A stretch of DNA of 64,000 bases from Leucoraja erinacea (lineage: Eukaryota): positions 6,324,001-6,388,000 of the forward strand of contig NC_073406.1 of the NCBI RefSeq assembly GCF_028641065.1, in the 5' to 3' direction. Of the stretch, positions 52,170-64,000 are shown piece by piece. The notes under the pieces are model-generated. The model was given only the letters and a program-made list of their open reading frames with translations, searched no databases and was not told where the DNA came from. Numbering within the stretch: the first letter of the stretch is position 1; each line of letters opens with the position of its first letter. The translations under genes were made by a program, and so were the position numbers.

Positions 52170-52570
52170 GAGGAGGAATGAGGCGCCGTTCGCTGCGCTC
52201 ACACTCTTATTACCTTCGCTCCCCGACACCCAGCCACGCCCTCCCTGTCACCGATTGGCTAATGCCGCTGCCTGTCAACCGCCGGGTGCCACCTCCCCTG
52301 CTGTTGATTGGTGATATGCAAACACAGTTCGCTATGATTGGCTCTTCGACTTCTTTTAAAGTCCAGCCTTCGCCGCGCTGATTGGTGCGATGTTAATCTA
52401 TATTTGCATAGCCCCGCCCCGAGCTGACGCTCACCCGGCGCAGGTCATTCCTATTGGGTCCTGTCGCCAACGCACCAAGTGTAGGCTCAATGATTTGTGG
52501 CATCGCCTCAAGCTCTTGGTCATTGCTCCCAAAGATGTCAATCACCAGGCGGAGGAACTTCCAATTGGAA
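52170..52570 (-). promoter_or_regulatory. ptms core promoter: CCAAT-box cluster, octamer, GC box, TATA-like element
   Basis: ATTGG on + at 52254, 52307, 52337, 52381, 52453; ATTTGCAT 52402-52409; GCCCCGCCCC 52411-52420; TAATAAG (minus) near 52205-52211 upstream of a pyrimidine-rich putative start. Confidence 0.75.
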
Positions 52571-54924
52571 AATATGACTATTTAGACCTAGTTGCTCCGC
52601 CTCCGGTTTTTAACAACTAAGACCTGGCATTCATCACGTCTAGAGGTTGTCTGCTACTGGTCCATTGTCTGTCAATTATTTTAATCCTTCATTTTAATTG
52701 GTGGTAGTTTCAAGCCTTGCCTTCCTTTCATTCGCATTGGTAAACGCTCACAATTGCTCAGTTTTCGTATTAATGTAATTGGTTCCTTTTTAAAGGTCAT
52801 CTACTTATCGCCACTGTCCAGAAGACTGTTATTTCCTTGGTTGTTTTATAGTTAGATTGGCATTGAAATTTGTTTTTCCCTGTTTACCATTACTACGATC
52901 CATATCGTAATGTTCTTATTATTATGACGGACTCAGCCAACCGCTGATGGGGATTTGTATTTGAATATCTAAATAGGGCTGATTTGACTTTGTTCAACAA
53001 TGTTCAGAGTACAGCAGCTCACGTTTTTGTTGAAAATAATCCTTTAAAATTGCAAGAAACACCGAATAACTTTTTACTAATAATTCATTGGCATTTACGA
53101 CGCTTTAACTCGGGGAAACAAAGCATATGAAATGAGTTTTCCCTCCCCCCAAATTCGGAAGATGGAATTCACCTGGTCGGATTAATGCTAATCGCGAGCC
53201 GAGGCATCCGCAATTTTTATGGGGTTTTTTTTTGCAATCTTCCCACTCAGATCTTCAAACTAATTGTTGGAGCGTGGTTACTTGTTCGCCGTTTCCGCTA
53301 AATCCGGTGTAACACACGTTCTGTTACGTTTAGATTTGTTGCATTTACTCAGGTGCAGCTCTCACCTTCACGTTTTCCTCCACACTCGTGTAATCCTTTC
53401 CACCGCCGTGGATAGGTTCGCCTGCGCTCGAGCGCCAAGTTATAACAAAATGGAAACTTATTCTGAGCGAGTCTTGACTTGAATCGCAGTGCGGTGGCAA
53501 CTTCAGCAGACCTACATTTTCACTTCTTTTTACTTTAAGAGTTCTCGTTTTACTATATACATTGGGAAGGGAAAGACTTAATCGATGAACTAAGCAATGA
53601 CCTTCTAACGACACGTCGTATTGTTTTAATGTTAATTCCGCAATTTGTCATGCTTCATTTCTGAATTATTTGAAAGGAAGTACTCAGTAGACGGTCATAT
53701 TTTTGCTATTGTATGATATATATACATATATAAAAATTCGGTAACTGGTTAACTGACAAATCCTTCTTACCTGTTGTACCAACAGGTTTTACCTGGCAAT
53801 TTGCTGACTCTATATCGACTCGTGTCATTGCTTTTTCCCGCCTTTGGCTGTTTGCCACATACTCGTGCGGAGAAGTTCCTTTTGTCTGATTTATGAACAT
53901 AGTTTCCAACTGTCAGGCAAATCGAAACTGTTGCAACACAGCCGAGAGCAGATCGCGAGTCTATTCGCTACTTCAGTATCATTAAATTCGCGTATGTTTT
54001 AATAACAAGTCTAGTGCATGGCAATTGTTAGTTGGACTTATTGCACGAGCTGAGCAATAGCAAGGTTGGCACTGAAAGCCACGTGATGTTTCTATCTTAT
54101 AATGTTTTTTAGTATATTTTTTTCATGTTAACAACTACAACTTCAGAACTTGATTATCACAATGTTATTGAAATCAACACTCATTCTACTTGTCATTACA
54201 CGAACTCAATCAAAACCATGAACCAACCGCCTATGTTCATTCAATCTTTTATTCTGCAGAGTACTATTTTAAAACCCGCTAAAAAGTAATCATCAATCTG
54301 GTGACTTGCGTGGTCGCCTCTTTTTGGCCTTGATGGTTCGCCTTGGCCTTGTACCTCAAGCTTCCAATTTAAAGTAAGTTAATTTAATTTAAGGAATCAA
54401 AAACTGGATTCAAATTAAGACATATTTTGCAGTGGAGTACCTGGTCATAAACATCTTTTAACATTATACTTTTTTGCTTGATACTTTGGGAAGGGGTTTT
54501 CTACAACCTTAATGCAAAACCGCAGAGATCTCGAAGATCTCAGATTCGCTTCAGAATCAAAATATCAGCTAGAGAAAGAATAGCTTGGGCAGGTATTACA
54601 ACGACTGCTCACGACCTAAAATAATCCCTGACAAGTTTTTTTTAGGTTACCATGTGAATCGCCATCACCTAGGAACAGTGGTGGCACCTGTTCCTTTTTA
54701 GATGGAATAAATAAAATACAAGATGACAAAATTATTATATTGAAAAATCCTTAAGGATATTGTTCCACAGAAGACGAATTATGTCCTGAGAGCATATTTA
54801 ATTCTCATCATTTTTATGTGCTTAGGTAAATTGTTTGTGCAACAACACTGGTTAAAAAATGTTGTTTTCCTACTGTGTGTTTAGTGCATGTCCCTAAATG
54901 TGATAAACTTTTGCTGTTGACAGG

Positions 54925-55093
54925 AGAGATTAATTGGTAACCTCGACATCTTTGGAGGGTGGGAGGAAACGAGCACCCGGGTGAAAACCCCATGACCACG
55001 GGGAGAACATACAAACTCTGTACAGACAGTACCCATTAGTCAGAATTGAACCTGTGTTTCTGCAACTGTAAGGCTGCACCACTGTGCCACCCT
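54925..55093 (-). mobile_element. V-SINE (HE1-like) fragment
   Basis: Same core as the copy at 33995-34330 (gtgggaggaaac..gagcacccgg..ggagaacatacaaactc). Confidence 0.65.
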
Positions 55094-55099
55094 CAAATT

Positions 55100-56110
55100 A
55101 CACCCCAGGGTTCTGAAAGAAGAAGCTTTTGAGATTGTGGAAGAATTAGTAGTGATCTTTCAAGAATCATTAGAGTCAGGAGTGGTCCCAGAAGACTGGA
55201 AAATTGCAAATGCTGCTCTGCTGTTCAAGAATGGGGCAAAACAAAAAGGGGAAACTGTAGGCCATTAACCTAACTTAATTTAGATTAGATTTTAGAGTCC
55301 ATTATCAAGGATGAGGTTTCCGAGTGCATAGAACCACATGGTAAAATAGGCTGAAGTCAGCACGGTTTTGTGAAGGAGATCTTGCCTGACAAATCTGTTA
55401 TTTGAGGAAGTAAATAGCAAGGTAGGTAAAGGAGGGTCAGTAAATGTTGTTCACTGGGATTTTCAGAAGGCCTTTGATAAGGGGCTACACTGAGACTGCT
55501 AAGCAAGATGAGAGCCCATGGTACTAGAGGGAAGATTCTAGCATGGATGGAAGGTTGGCCAATTGGCAGAAAGCAAAGAGGGAGTTTTTCTGGTTGGCTG
55601 CCAGTGACTTGTCGTGTTCTGCTAGGGTCAGTATTGGGCCTGCTACTCCTCACGTTGTACATCAATTATTTGGATGACAGAATTGGCTTTAAAGGCACTG
55701 GTCAGACTGCATTTGGAGTATTGTAAGCAGTTTTGGGCACGATATCTGAGGAGGGATTTTCTGGAGTTGAGTTATTATTCTGGAGTTGTTAAAAATGAAC
55801 AAGCAAAATATGACAGCTGTCATTATTCAATGGCAGATTAGTAAGGAGTTTATAAAGGATTACCCATTCTGAGGGGGATTTTTGTCTCTTGCGGGTCTTC
55901 GAAATTTTGTTCACCAGAGAATATGGAGGCTGAATTATTAAATATACTCAAGGCCAAGATCGACAGATAATTATTTAAAGGGGATCAATGTTAACAGGGA
56001 ACAGTTAGGAAAGTGCAGCTGAAACTAAGTTCACATTCGTCACGTTCTTTGTATAATGACAGTAAAATCAAGAGCTACATTGCCTACTTCCGTTCCTGCA
56101 TCCATTGCTT
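55100..56110 (+). mobile_element. CR1 LINE fragments with internal deletions
   Basis: RAHGTRGKILAWMEGW..RKQR..GSVLGLLLLTLYINYLD. Confidence 0.75.
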
Positions 56111-58939
56111 ATGTTATTATGAATTGTATGCAAAATGTAGTAAAATTATCAATTTATAGATTGACCTGAGTGACAGCTGAAACTGCATTGGGTATTCACT
56201 TTAGCATGGTAGGAGCCAGATGCATGTTGATAGATTACTATTTTAACTAGAGGCTGAGCCAAACAGGATTTGGGAAAATTATTATCTCAGCACATACCAC
56301 ATTGCATAATTTATTTTGCATAAAAGGTGGACTTGGGGCAATTTCAAATTTGTTGATATTCTGAGTTGATTTTGAGTGTTACCTTCCACTGTTTTGCTTT
56401 CCCTGTGCTCATGATTATGATGTTCCTGTAAACTCTGGAATTTCCCATCAAAATTGCTCCCTATTCGTTCTCTTCCTAAAAACCCACCTCACTGACCAAA
56501 CTTTTCAGCAATTGCCCTGATATTTCTTTAATGTACTCGATGTCAAATTTTGTTTGCTAATGTTCCTGCAAATTCTTTTGTGAAATTTTACTATGCCAAA
56601 GACCTTATGTTAAACTAGTGGCTGTTTCTTGTTGAGATAAGGTGATTGGGAATTTATTTCCCTGTTTTGTTTTATAAGCTGACAGCAGTTATTGTACTAA
56701 GGACTGTACAAATATAGTCCAGCCAAGCTTCTCCGGAAGCCAAACTTATGAGAGCATAGACATGGCACATAGAGACCAAGTGCAGGTTTAAAAAGCAGTT
56801 CAAGTGTAGGGCAAATACTTGATTTCGGTGTTTCATGGTTGGATTTGTCTTCAGTTCCCCAGTAAGGAGGGTGTAGAATAATTCCTTTCCTGGTTCATTT
56901 TACAGCTGCTTTCATAATTTGTACTCGTATATGTTCATTCTGTTTTTGTTTATTTTCACTAAAGTGGTGCTTTTCAGATTATCTAAATATACAGGAATAT
57001 TGTGGAATTCTTTTTTTTACAGGAATAATTGGTCTTCGGTGCTTTACCAAAATGGCTATTTTACATACGTGAACTAAAATAGTAGGGATTTTTTTGCTGG
57101 AAGGGTGAAAACTGGCACCAAAAGCCTCCAATGTTGACACAACTAGTTTGTTTGGAAGTTCTGATATAGTTCTCCGTTTTAGTTATAATTGCTGATTATA
57201 ACAAGGATATCAAAGCAACATTTGACCAAGTGAGGCATGAAGAAACCCTAGTAAAGCTGAGGTCACAACTGGCATAGAAGCTAGCTGTGATTGTTCGAGG
57301 CAATCATATCAGCTCTGAGATTTTGCAACAGGAATTCCTCGGGACAACATCCTAGACCTAACCATTTTTGGCTGTTTCATCAATTCAATTATTTTTGGTG
57401 ACTTCAAGAACTAAAAAGAGGCTGTTTGCTGTTAACTCCAAAGTGCTTAATTCTATTTACAACTCCTTTTGATTATAATGTAGACACTATTTAGGCTTGG
57501 GCTGATAAATAGCAAGGCATATTCTAGCAGTCACCAGCTCCAACAAAATAACATCCCTTTGATCATGAATGACATTGCCATCAACATATCTCACAACATC
57601 ATCAACCTTGGTTTGATAATGAGAATCATCAAATTACTAGAAATCTAACTGGTCCAGCCACCAAGATTTTTGACAAGCTCTGTCATGGTAGAATGGTTCA
57701 GAAGTTTAAAGCTCAACAGATCTAAGGCAAGTTGGCAAACTAGATCCAAAATTTATTTGGTGGCAGGAGGCAAAGAATCATAAAAACACCAAAGAAAACC
57801 AATTTAGCCACCAGTTGAGAAAGAGTTACCCAAACTAATTCCACCTCCAGTGCTGTAATTCCAGCATCAGTAGCCCTGCAAGTTGCAGGTCTCCATACAC
57901 ACCTCCAAGATCTTTTAAAATGTTATGAGGGTTTTTCCTTCCACCTCAGTGCTTCTACCAGTTACTTTGAATCTTTGCCCTCTGGTTTTTGACTCCTCTG
58001 CTCTGGGGATTAAGTCATTCCTCTTTATCTACCAATCTCCTTACTATAATTTTGCACACTTCAATTAAGTCCCTCTTCAGCCACTGATCCAAAGAAGATA
58101 ACCATGACTTATTTCATCAATTCCCCCGGTCCTGGCAACAAATTTGTGAATTTTCTCTGCACCCATTTCAGTCAATCGCATCCTACATGTGGATACAAAA
58201 GACTGCAGATGCTGGAATATGGAGCATAAAACAAATCGCTGGAGGAACTTAGTTTAGTTGCTGGTTTAGAAACAAAGACACAAAATGCTGGAGGTACTCA
58301 ACAGGCCAGGCAGCATCTCTGGAGAACATGGATTGACCAATTTCCATCCGGGGATGAATAAAGTTTATCATATCATAGGTTACATTTCGGATTGGGGCCT
58401 GCTTCAGACTGATTGTAGTGGGATTCGAAAGAAAACTGAAAGAAAGGTGGGGCAGAACATGCCTGGCAGGTATTTTCTCCAGGTGCTCTGGTTTCCTCCT
58501 ACACTCCTATTACATACAGGTTTTAGGCTAATTGGCTTTGGTAAAAATAGTAAATTGTCCCTATTATGCAGGATAGTGCTAGTGATCTCTAAAGTCAAAT
58601 GTTTGGGGATGTACATGTGAGCAGAAAAGAGTTGTTCTTGTCATTTAATCTCTCCTGTTCCCCCTAACATGTTTCTTAAAACTTAGTGTTACTATTGTTT
58701 TTCATGTACCTGAAACCTTTTTTCCCCTGTAAAGATACTGCAAATCTTGCTGAGTATTTCCAACGCATTACTTTTTTCCAGCATATGAATTAAGACAGGG
58801 ACTAGGCTACTCAGCCTCTTGAGATTGTACTTCTATTATTAGATTATGGTTGATCTGATTGTAACCTTAATGCATTTTCATGTACTCCTGATAACCTTCC
58901 ACTCGCTTGCTTATAAGAATCTATCTACTGCTGCCTTAG

Positions 58940-60578
58940 GGGACCGAGGATCTAGTGGGTGGGAGGAACGGAAGGGAATTTAGTATGTTAGTAAATGGTG
59001 TTAGGTAAACTGTTGGGACTGAAGGCAGATAAATCCCCAGGGCCTGATGATCTGCATCCTAGAATACTCAATGTGATGGCCCTAGAAATTGTGGATGCAT
59101 TAGTGATCATTTTCCAATAGTCTCTCGACTCTGGATCAGTTCATGTGGGCTGGAGGGTAGCCACTTTTTAAGAAAGGAGGGAGAGAGAGAAAACGGGGAA
59201 TTATAGACCACTTCGCCTTAAATTGGTAGGTGGGGACGTTGCTTGAGTAGATTATTAAAGATATTATAGCAGTGCATTTGGAAAGCAGTGACAGGATAGT
59301 TCAAAGTCAGCATGGATTTATGAAGGGGAAATCATGCTTGACTAATCTTCTGGAATTTTTTGAGGATGTAACAAGTAGAATGGATAAGGGACAGCCAGTC
59401 GATGTGGTGTGTCTGGACTTTCAAAAAGCCTTTTGACAAGGTCCCAAACAAGAGATTAGTGTGCAAAATTAGAGCACATGGTATTGGGGGTAGGGTATTG
59501 ACATGGATAGAGAACTGGTTGGCAGACAGGAAGCAAAGAGTAGGAATTAACGGGCCCTTTTCAGAATCGCAGGCAGTGACTAGTGGGGTGCCCCAAGGCT
59601 CGGTGCTGGGACCCCAGTTATTTACAATATATATAGATGATTTAGACGAGGGAATTAAATGTGGCATCTCCAAGTTTACGAATGACACAAAGCTGGGTGG
59701 CAGTGTGAGCTGCGATGAGGATGTTAAGAAGCTGCAGGGTGACTTGGATAGGCCGGGTGAGTGGGCAGATGCAGTATAATGTGGATAAATGTGAGGTTAT
59801 CCACTTTGGTGGCAAGAACAGGAAGGCAGATTATTGTCTGAATGGTGTCAGATTAGGAAAAGGGGAGGTGCAGCGAGACCTGGGTGTGCTTGTACATCAG
59901 TCACTGAAAGTAAGCATGCAGTTACAGCAGGCAGTGAAGATAGCTAATTTGGCCTTCATTGTGCGAGGATTTAACTTTAGGAGCAAGGAGGTCCTACTGC
60001 AGTTGTACAGGGACCTGGAGTATTGTGTGCAATTTTGGCCTCTTAATTTGAGGAACACATTATTGCTATTGAGCGATAGCAGCGTAGGTTCACCAGGTTA
60101 ATTCCTGGGATGGCGGGACTGAAATATGGTGAAAGAATGGGTCGAGTGGGCTTGTATTCACTGGAATTTAGAAGGATGAGAGGAGGATCTTATAGAAACA
60201 TATACAATTCTTAAAGGATTTAATAGGCTAGATGCAGGAAAAATGGTCCCGATGTTGGGGGAGTACAGAACCAGGGGTCACAGTTTAAGAATAAGGCCAT
60301 TTAGGACTGAGATGAGGAAAAACTTCTTCACCAAGAGTTGTGAATCTGTGGAATTCTCTGCCACAGAAGGCAGTGGAGGACAATTCACTGGATTTTTTCA
60401 AGAGAGAGTTATATTTAGCTCTTAGAGCTAAAGGAATCAAGAGATATGGGGAAAAAGCATTAACGGGGTACTGATTTTGGATGATCAGCCATGATCATAT
60501 CGAATGGTGGTGCTGGTTCGAAGGGCCGAATGGCCTACTCCTGCATCTTGTTCTATGTTTTCTATGTTTCTCTATGTT
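58940..60578 (+). mobile_element. CR1 LINE RT and 3' end (~1.6 kb, frameshifted)
   Basis: [68 protein letters not shown]; tail (ttctatgt)n. Confidence 0.9.
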
Positions 60579-61373
60579 AAGAGTCAATCTGAAGAAGGTT
60601 CCTGACCTGAAACATTGCCTGTGTATTTCCTCCAGAGACACTGCCTGACCCGCTGTTACTGCAGGACTTTGTTTTGCTCAAGATTCTAGCACTCGAAAGA
60701 AAAAGCTTTTGCCTCATCTTTGTCTTAAATCAGTAGCTTCTTTTAAACATAACTCTCACTTCTATATTCTTCCACGAGAGGAAATGTCCTCTTCACATCC
60801 TCCCTGTTGAGATCCTTCAAGATCTTATACATTTTAGCAAATGATCTTATTCTTTTGAACTCCTGTGGAAAGGTGCGTAATTAGACAAATCTTTCCTTAT
60901 AAGACAATCTGCTCATTCCTTGAAGCCCAAGAAACTGCAAATGCTGGAATCTTGAGCAAAACATAAAGTGCTGGAGGAACTTGGGGGGCCAGGCAGCACA
61001 TGTGGAGGGAATGGACAGACATTGTTTAGGGTCGGGGCCCTTCTTCAGACTGATGGAAAAGGGAGGAGAAAGCTTATGGATCTACACTGTGCTCATGAAC
61101 CTGTAGAAGCTCCTGGATTTATGTTTACATTTTAATAACTTGATTCTTGTTTTCAAATCTGTCCAAGATATTGCTGCTACTTGTCTATGTAACCTCCCCT
61201 AGCACAATCCTCTGATCTCCAAATCTCCCTCTGTCAATCATTGCTAATTTCAGTTGTTTCACATTTGCAGCTAATTAATATCTTGACTTTCTCATTCTAA
61301 AACTCTTTGGCTACCAACCTCCTTATTTTATTTAAAATGGTCATTATAATTTACCCAAGCAAATACCCAACAG

Positions 61374-61500
61374 TCAGGGCCAGCCTTAAGACAATTGGAC
61401 CGATTGCCCCCAATTGGGCCCCGCGCCTAAGGGGGCCTCGCGCTAATTTTCCGTATTTTGTACGGAAATACGAATTTGCGTTGTTAAATACAGATTATTT
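61374..61500 (+). mobile_element. hAT-like DNA transposon left end (truncated)
   Basis: CAGGGCCAGCCTTA start followed by GC-rich gggccccgcg..ggggcc subterminal motifs; no matching right end found. Confidence 0.4.
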
Positions 61501-61513
61501 TTTTTTTAACATT

Positions 61514-61660
61514 CCCCCCCCCCCCCCCCCCCCCCCCCCGACATCAGTCTGAAGTAGGGTCTCGACCCAAAACGTCGCCTATTCCTTCTCTCCACAGATG
61601 CTGCCTCACCCGCCGAGTTTCTCCAGCATTTTTCCAGCATCTGCAGTTCTTTCTTAAACA
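61514..61660 (+). mobile_element. Penelope-derived mini-element with poly-C head
   Basis: Poly-C then gacatcagtctgaagtagggtctcgacccaaaacgtcgcc...ctccagcat; aacatt on both sides. Confidence 0.65.
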
Positions 61661-64000
61661 TTATAATATACCTTATTATTTTCCAATATCTCATAATGAG
61701 GCAGAGGGCTAACTTTTATTTGATACCACTCTTGGAGAATCTTGGGAGATGTTATTTATTTTGTTGGATTTGCTTTATTAGCGTAAATTGTAATAGGGAT
61801 TACCCAATTTTTATTGTACCTTTTCAGACCAGATCTCACGTACCTATCTATGGACTATTAGATGAACTCCCAATCAATTGTTCTTGTAACATTAGCAATC
61901 TTTTATTTAATAATAATAGTCAAAACCATTTTTTGTCCCTTATGAGACCATATTACAATATCTTGTTAAGTTTCACATACATGCTAACGTGTTTAAATAT
62001 TTAAAACATTTCACTAACTTAAAATGCTAAACATCAACCAAACCCTGCTGGTAATCTGTTTTTTTCAAATATGTTACCATCTATTAATAATTTAATTTTG
62101 GTTGAACATCATTATATTTTAACAAAATCACTTAATTGATTGTAAAGCATGTTTAGGGTATCTGGAGGTCATGAAGGGCATTGCATAAATATGTCTTTTA
62201 TCTTATCTTCTGACTGTTACTGTATTCCTATCTATGTTGATCGCCATCTGCTACCCTCTGCTCATTAACCTGCCGTGTTCATATTTATTTTTGATGAACA
62301 CACATTGATAAGCATGGTTAGAACAACATACATTTGTGTCGGCTAGAATCATACATAGTCCTCTATCCACTCATACAGTTGTAAAGATTGTATCAGCAAC
62401 TCCGACCTGTGTAGGATTTTACACAGTTTTCATTTGATGACTCCATTGCAGTTGCAAATTTAGCAGATTGGGACTCATCAATCTTACTGCTACATGTTGC
62501 GATGTATTTATTTACTCATTTATTGATCTGGTATAGAATTAAGTAATAAATTATGGACCACTTAATACAATTCAATCATAATAAATGCCTAATATTGAAT
62601 ACCAGAAAAATATTCATATCTAATGCTGATTTATAGATTGTCAACACTTAAAGTTCATGTGTTTTGCTATGTTATGTTACTCTCGATATAACTAACTTAA
62701 CATCTCATCTCATACTAACTTTCAGTTTTAGTCTTGAAATTTAGTATTTTAACAGGCAGATAATAAAGCAATATAGGAATTGAATGATTTTACATAGAAG
62801 TACAGTGTCCAAATAACATCGGCCTATGGATTATGAAATTATGGATGAACCAGCACCTGATTGAAATGCATTTCTAATCCATGCAAGTAGCAAATGTACA
62901 TCTCAGTTCCATATTTTTACTTCAGCCATTGATTGTTGGAGAAATTTAGTGTAATATTTTACAAATCTGAGTTACAAGACGCCAAATGTCTAGTATTAAA
63001 GGCTCACCTGGTGTCAGCCTAACTTATATACTCTCAAATATCCTGGATTCATTCCTTGACCTGTGCTGAATAATTAATGTTAGAATTGTAGTTTGTGTAT
63101 GCCTACAAATATTGAGCAAGAGCAGATCTGGATTTAGTTGCAGTCCAAACTTACTTATGACCAGGGTAATGGAATATCTTGGGCCTCAAAATCATTAAGA
63201 AAGAAGAGCCAGTCTCTTCAAGAAAAGAAGAGATGAAAATTAGGAGTAAAGCAACTTAATGGTGAATACTTTGCCAACTTTTGACATTTAATTAATTCCT
63301 CTTAGAAGGAATTCCATTTCAAATTGTGATCCTGCTGATGAAATACTGTAGCTCCAAAAATAATTTCCATTTTATTAAAATAGGTTCACCTAATTACCTT
63401 GAATGGCATGAGACAGATGTTGGGTATTACTTAAATAATCCTAGTTCTTTTTGCATTGGTAACCCAAGATAATTAAATTCTGTGTCTAATTTAAGTTTAA
63501 ATTGATTTGGGTTTTTTTTGTATTTCTTAATACTCTAGTTGCTCTGTGGTATAGCTTCTTGGCCTACATAGCCTAGATTTTAAATATATATTTATGCAAT
63601 ATTGATTTTTTAAAGGCCATATTTGGATTTAAGCATAACGTATATGGCATTTTAAGCAAACTATTGTAAAATCAAAGACCTTAGCTACAGACCGTTATTT
63701 AAAATGCCGGGTGGTAATAGTTCAGGCAATATTAAAGGATCCCTTTGTATCTACAACATTTTAAAAGTGTTGTTGATATTGACTTTTTCGGAGTAAATTT
63801 TGGTTCAGTGGCTGATTTTCCCCCCCCCCCCCCCCCCCCAATATTTTTATGGCCTATTTGTTTTATTCTATGATTCACAATCCTGCTTATAAAGATAAAG
63901 TGTATTCATAACCTGTTAATATGGGTGGAAAATAATCTTCTTCGTCTGTACCTTGATTTCAATTCAAATTGGACAGAAGGAGCTAGTCCTTTATCTGACA

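Larger units (their letters stand above)
50040..52480. promoter_or_regulatory. CpG island over ptms promoter, exon 1 and intron 1
   Basis: Very high GC and CpG density compared with the CpG-depleted flanks. Confidence 0.8.

Noticed and set aside
61828-61890. Plus-strand exon after ttttcag (possible MLF2)
   Set aside because: Translation shows no MLF2 similarity and there is no convincing donor.

Overview
Vertebrate genomic DNA, most likely a cartilaginous fish (skate/ray; inferred from HE1/V-SINE, Deu-domain SINE and CR1 content). Two intact multi-exon genes were assembled by hand and face each other tail-to-tail. The first is an SLC45A1 (proton-associated sugar transporter A) gene on + with 8 coding exons at 17094-33382 (735 aa). 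The second is a parathymosin/prothymosin-family gene on - with 5 coding exons at 48791-52044 (124 aa), a CpG island and a CCAAT-rich promoter; the ORF track misses it entirely. The rest is mostly decayed CR1, Rex-Babar and Penelope-like retroelements, SINEs and small DNA-transposon MITEs. Most notable: (1) about 15-20 dispersed Penelope-derived repeats each carrying a minimal hammerhead-ribozyme core, some as ~105-140 bp units with 14-15 bp target-site duplications; (2) SLC45A1 sits next to a PTMS-like gene rather than RERE, suggesting a retained ohnolog; (3) the thymosin protein is a PTMA/PTMS mosaic with a possible N-terminally extended isoform. Family names come from motif recognition, not database searches.
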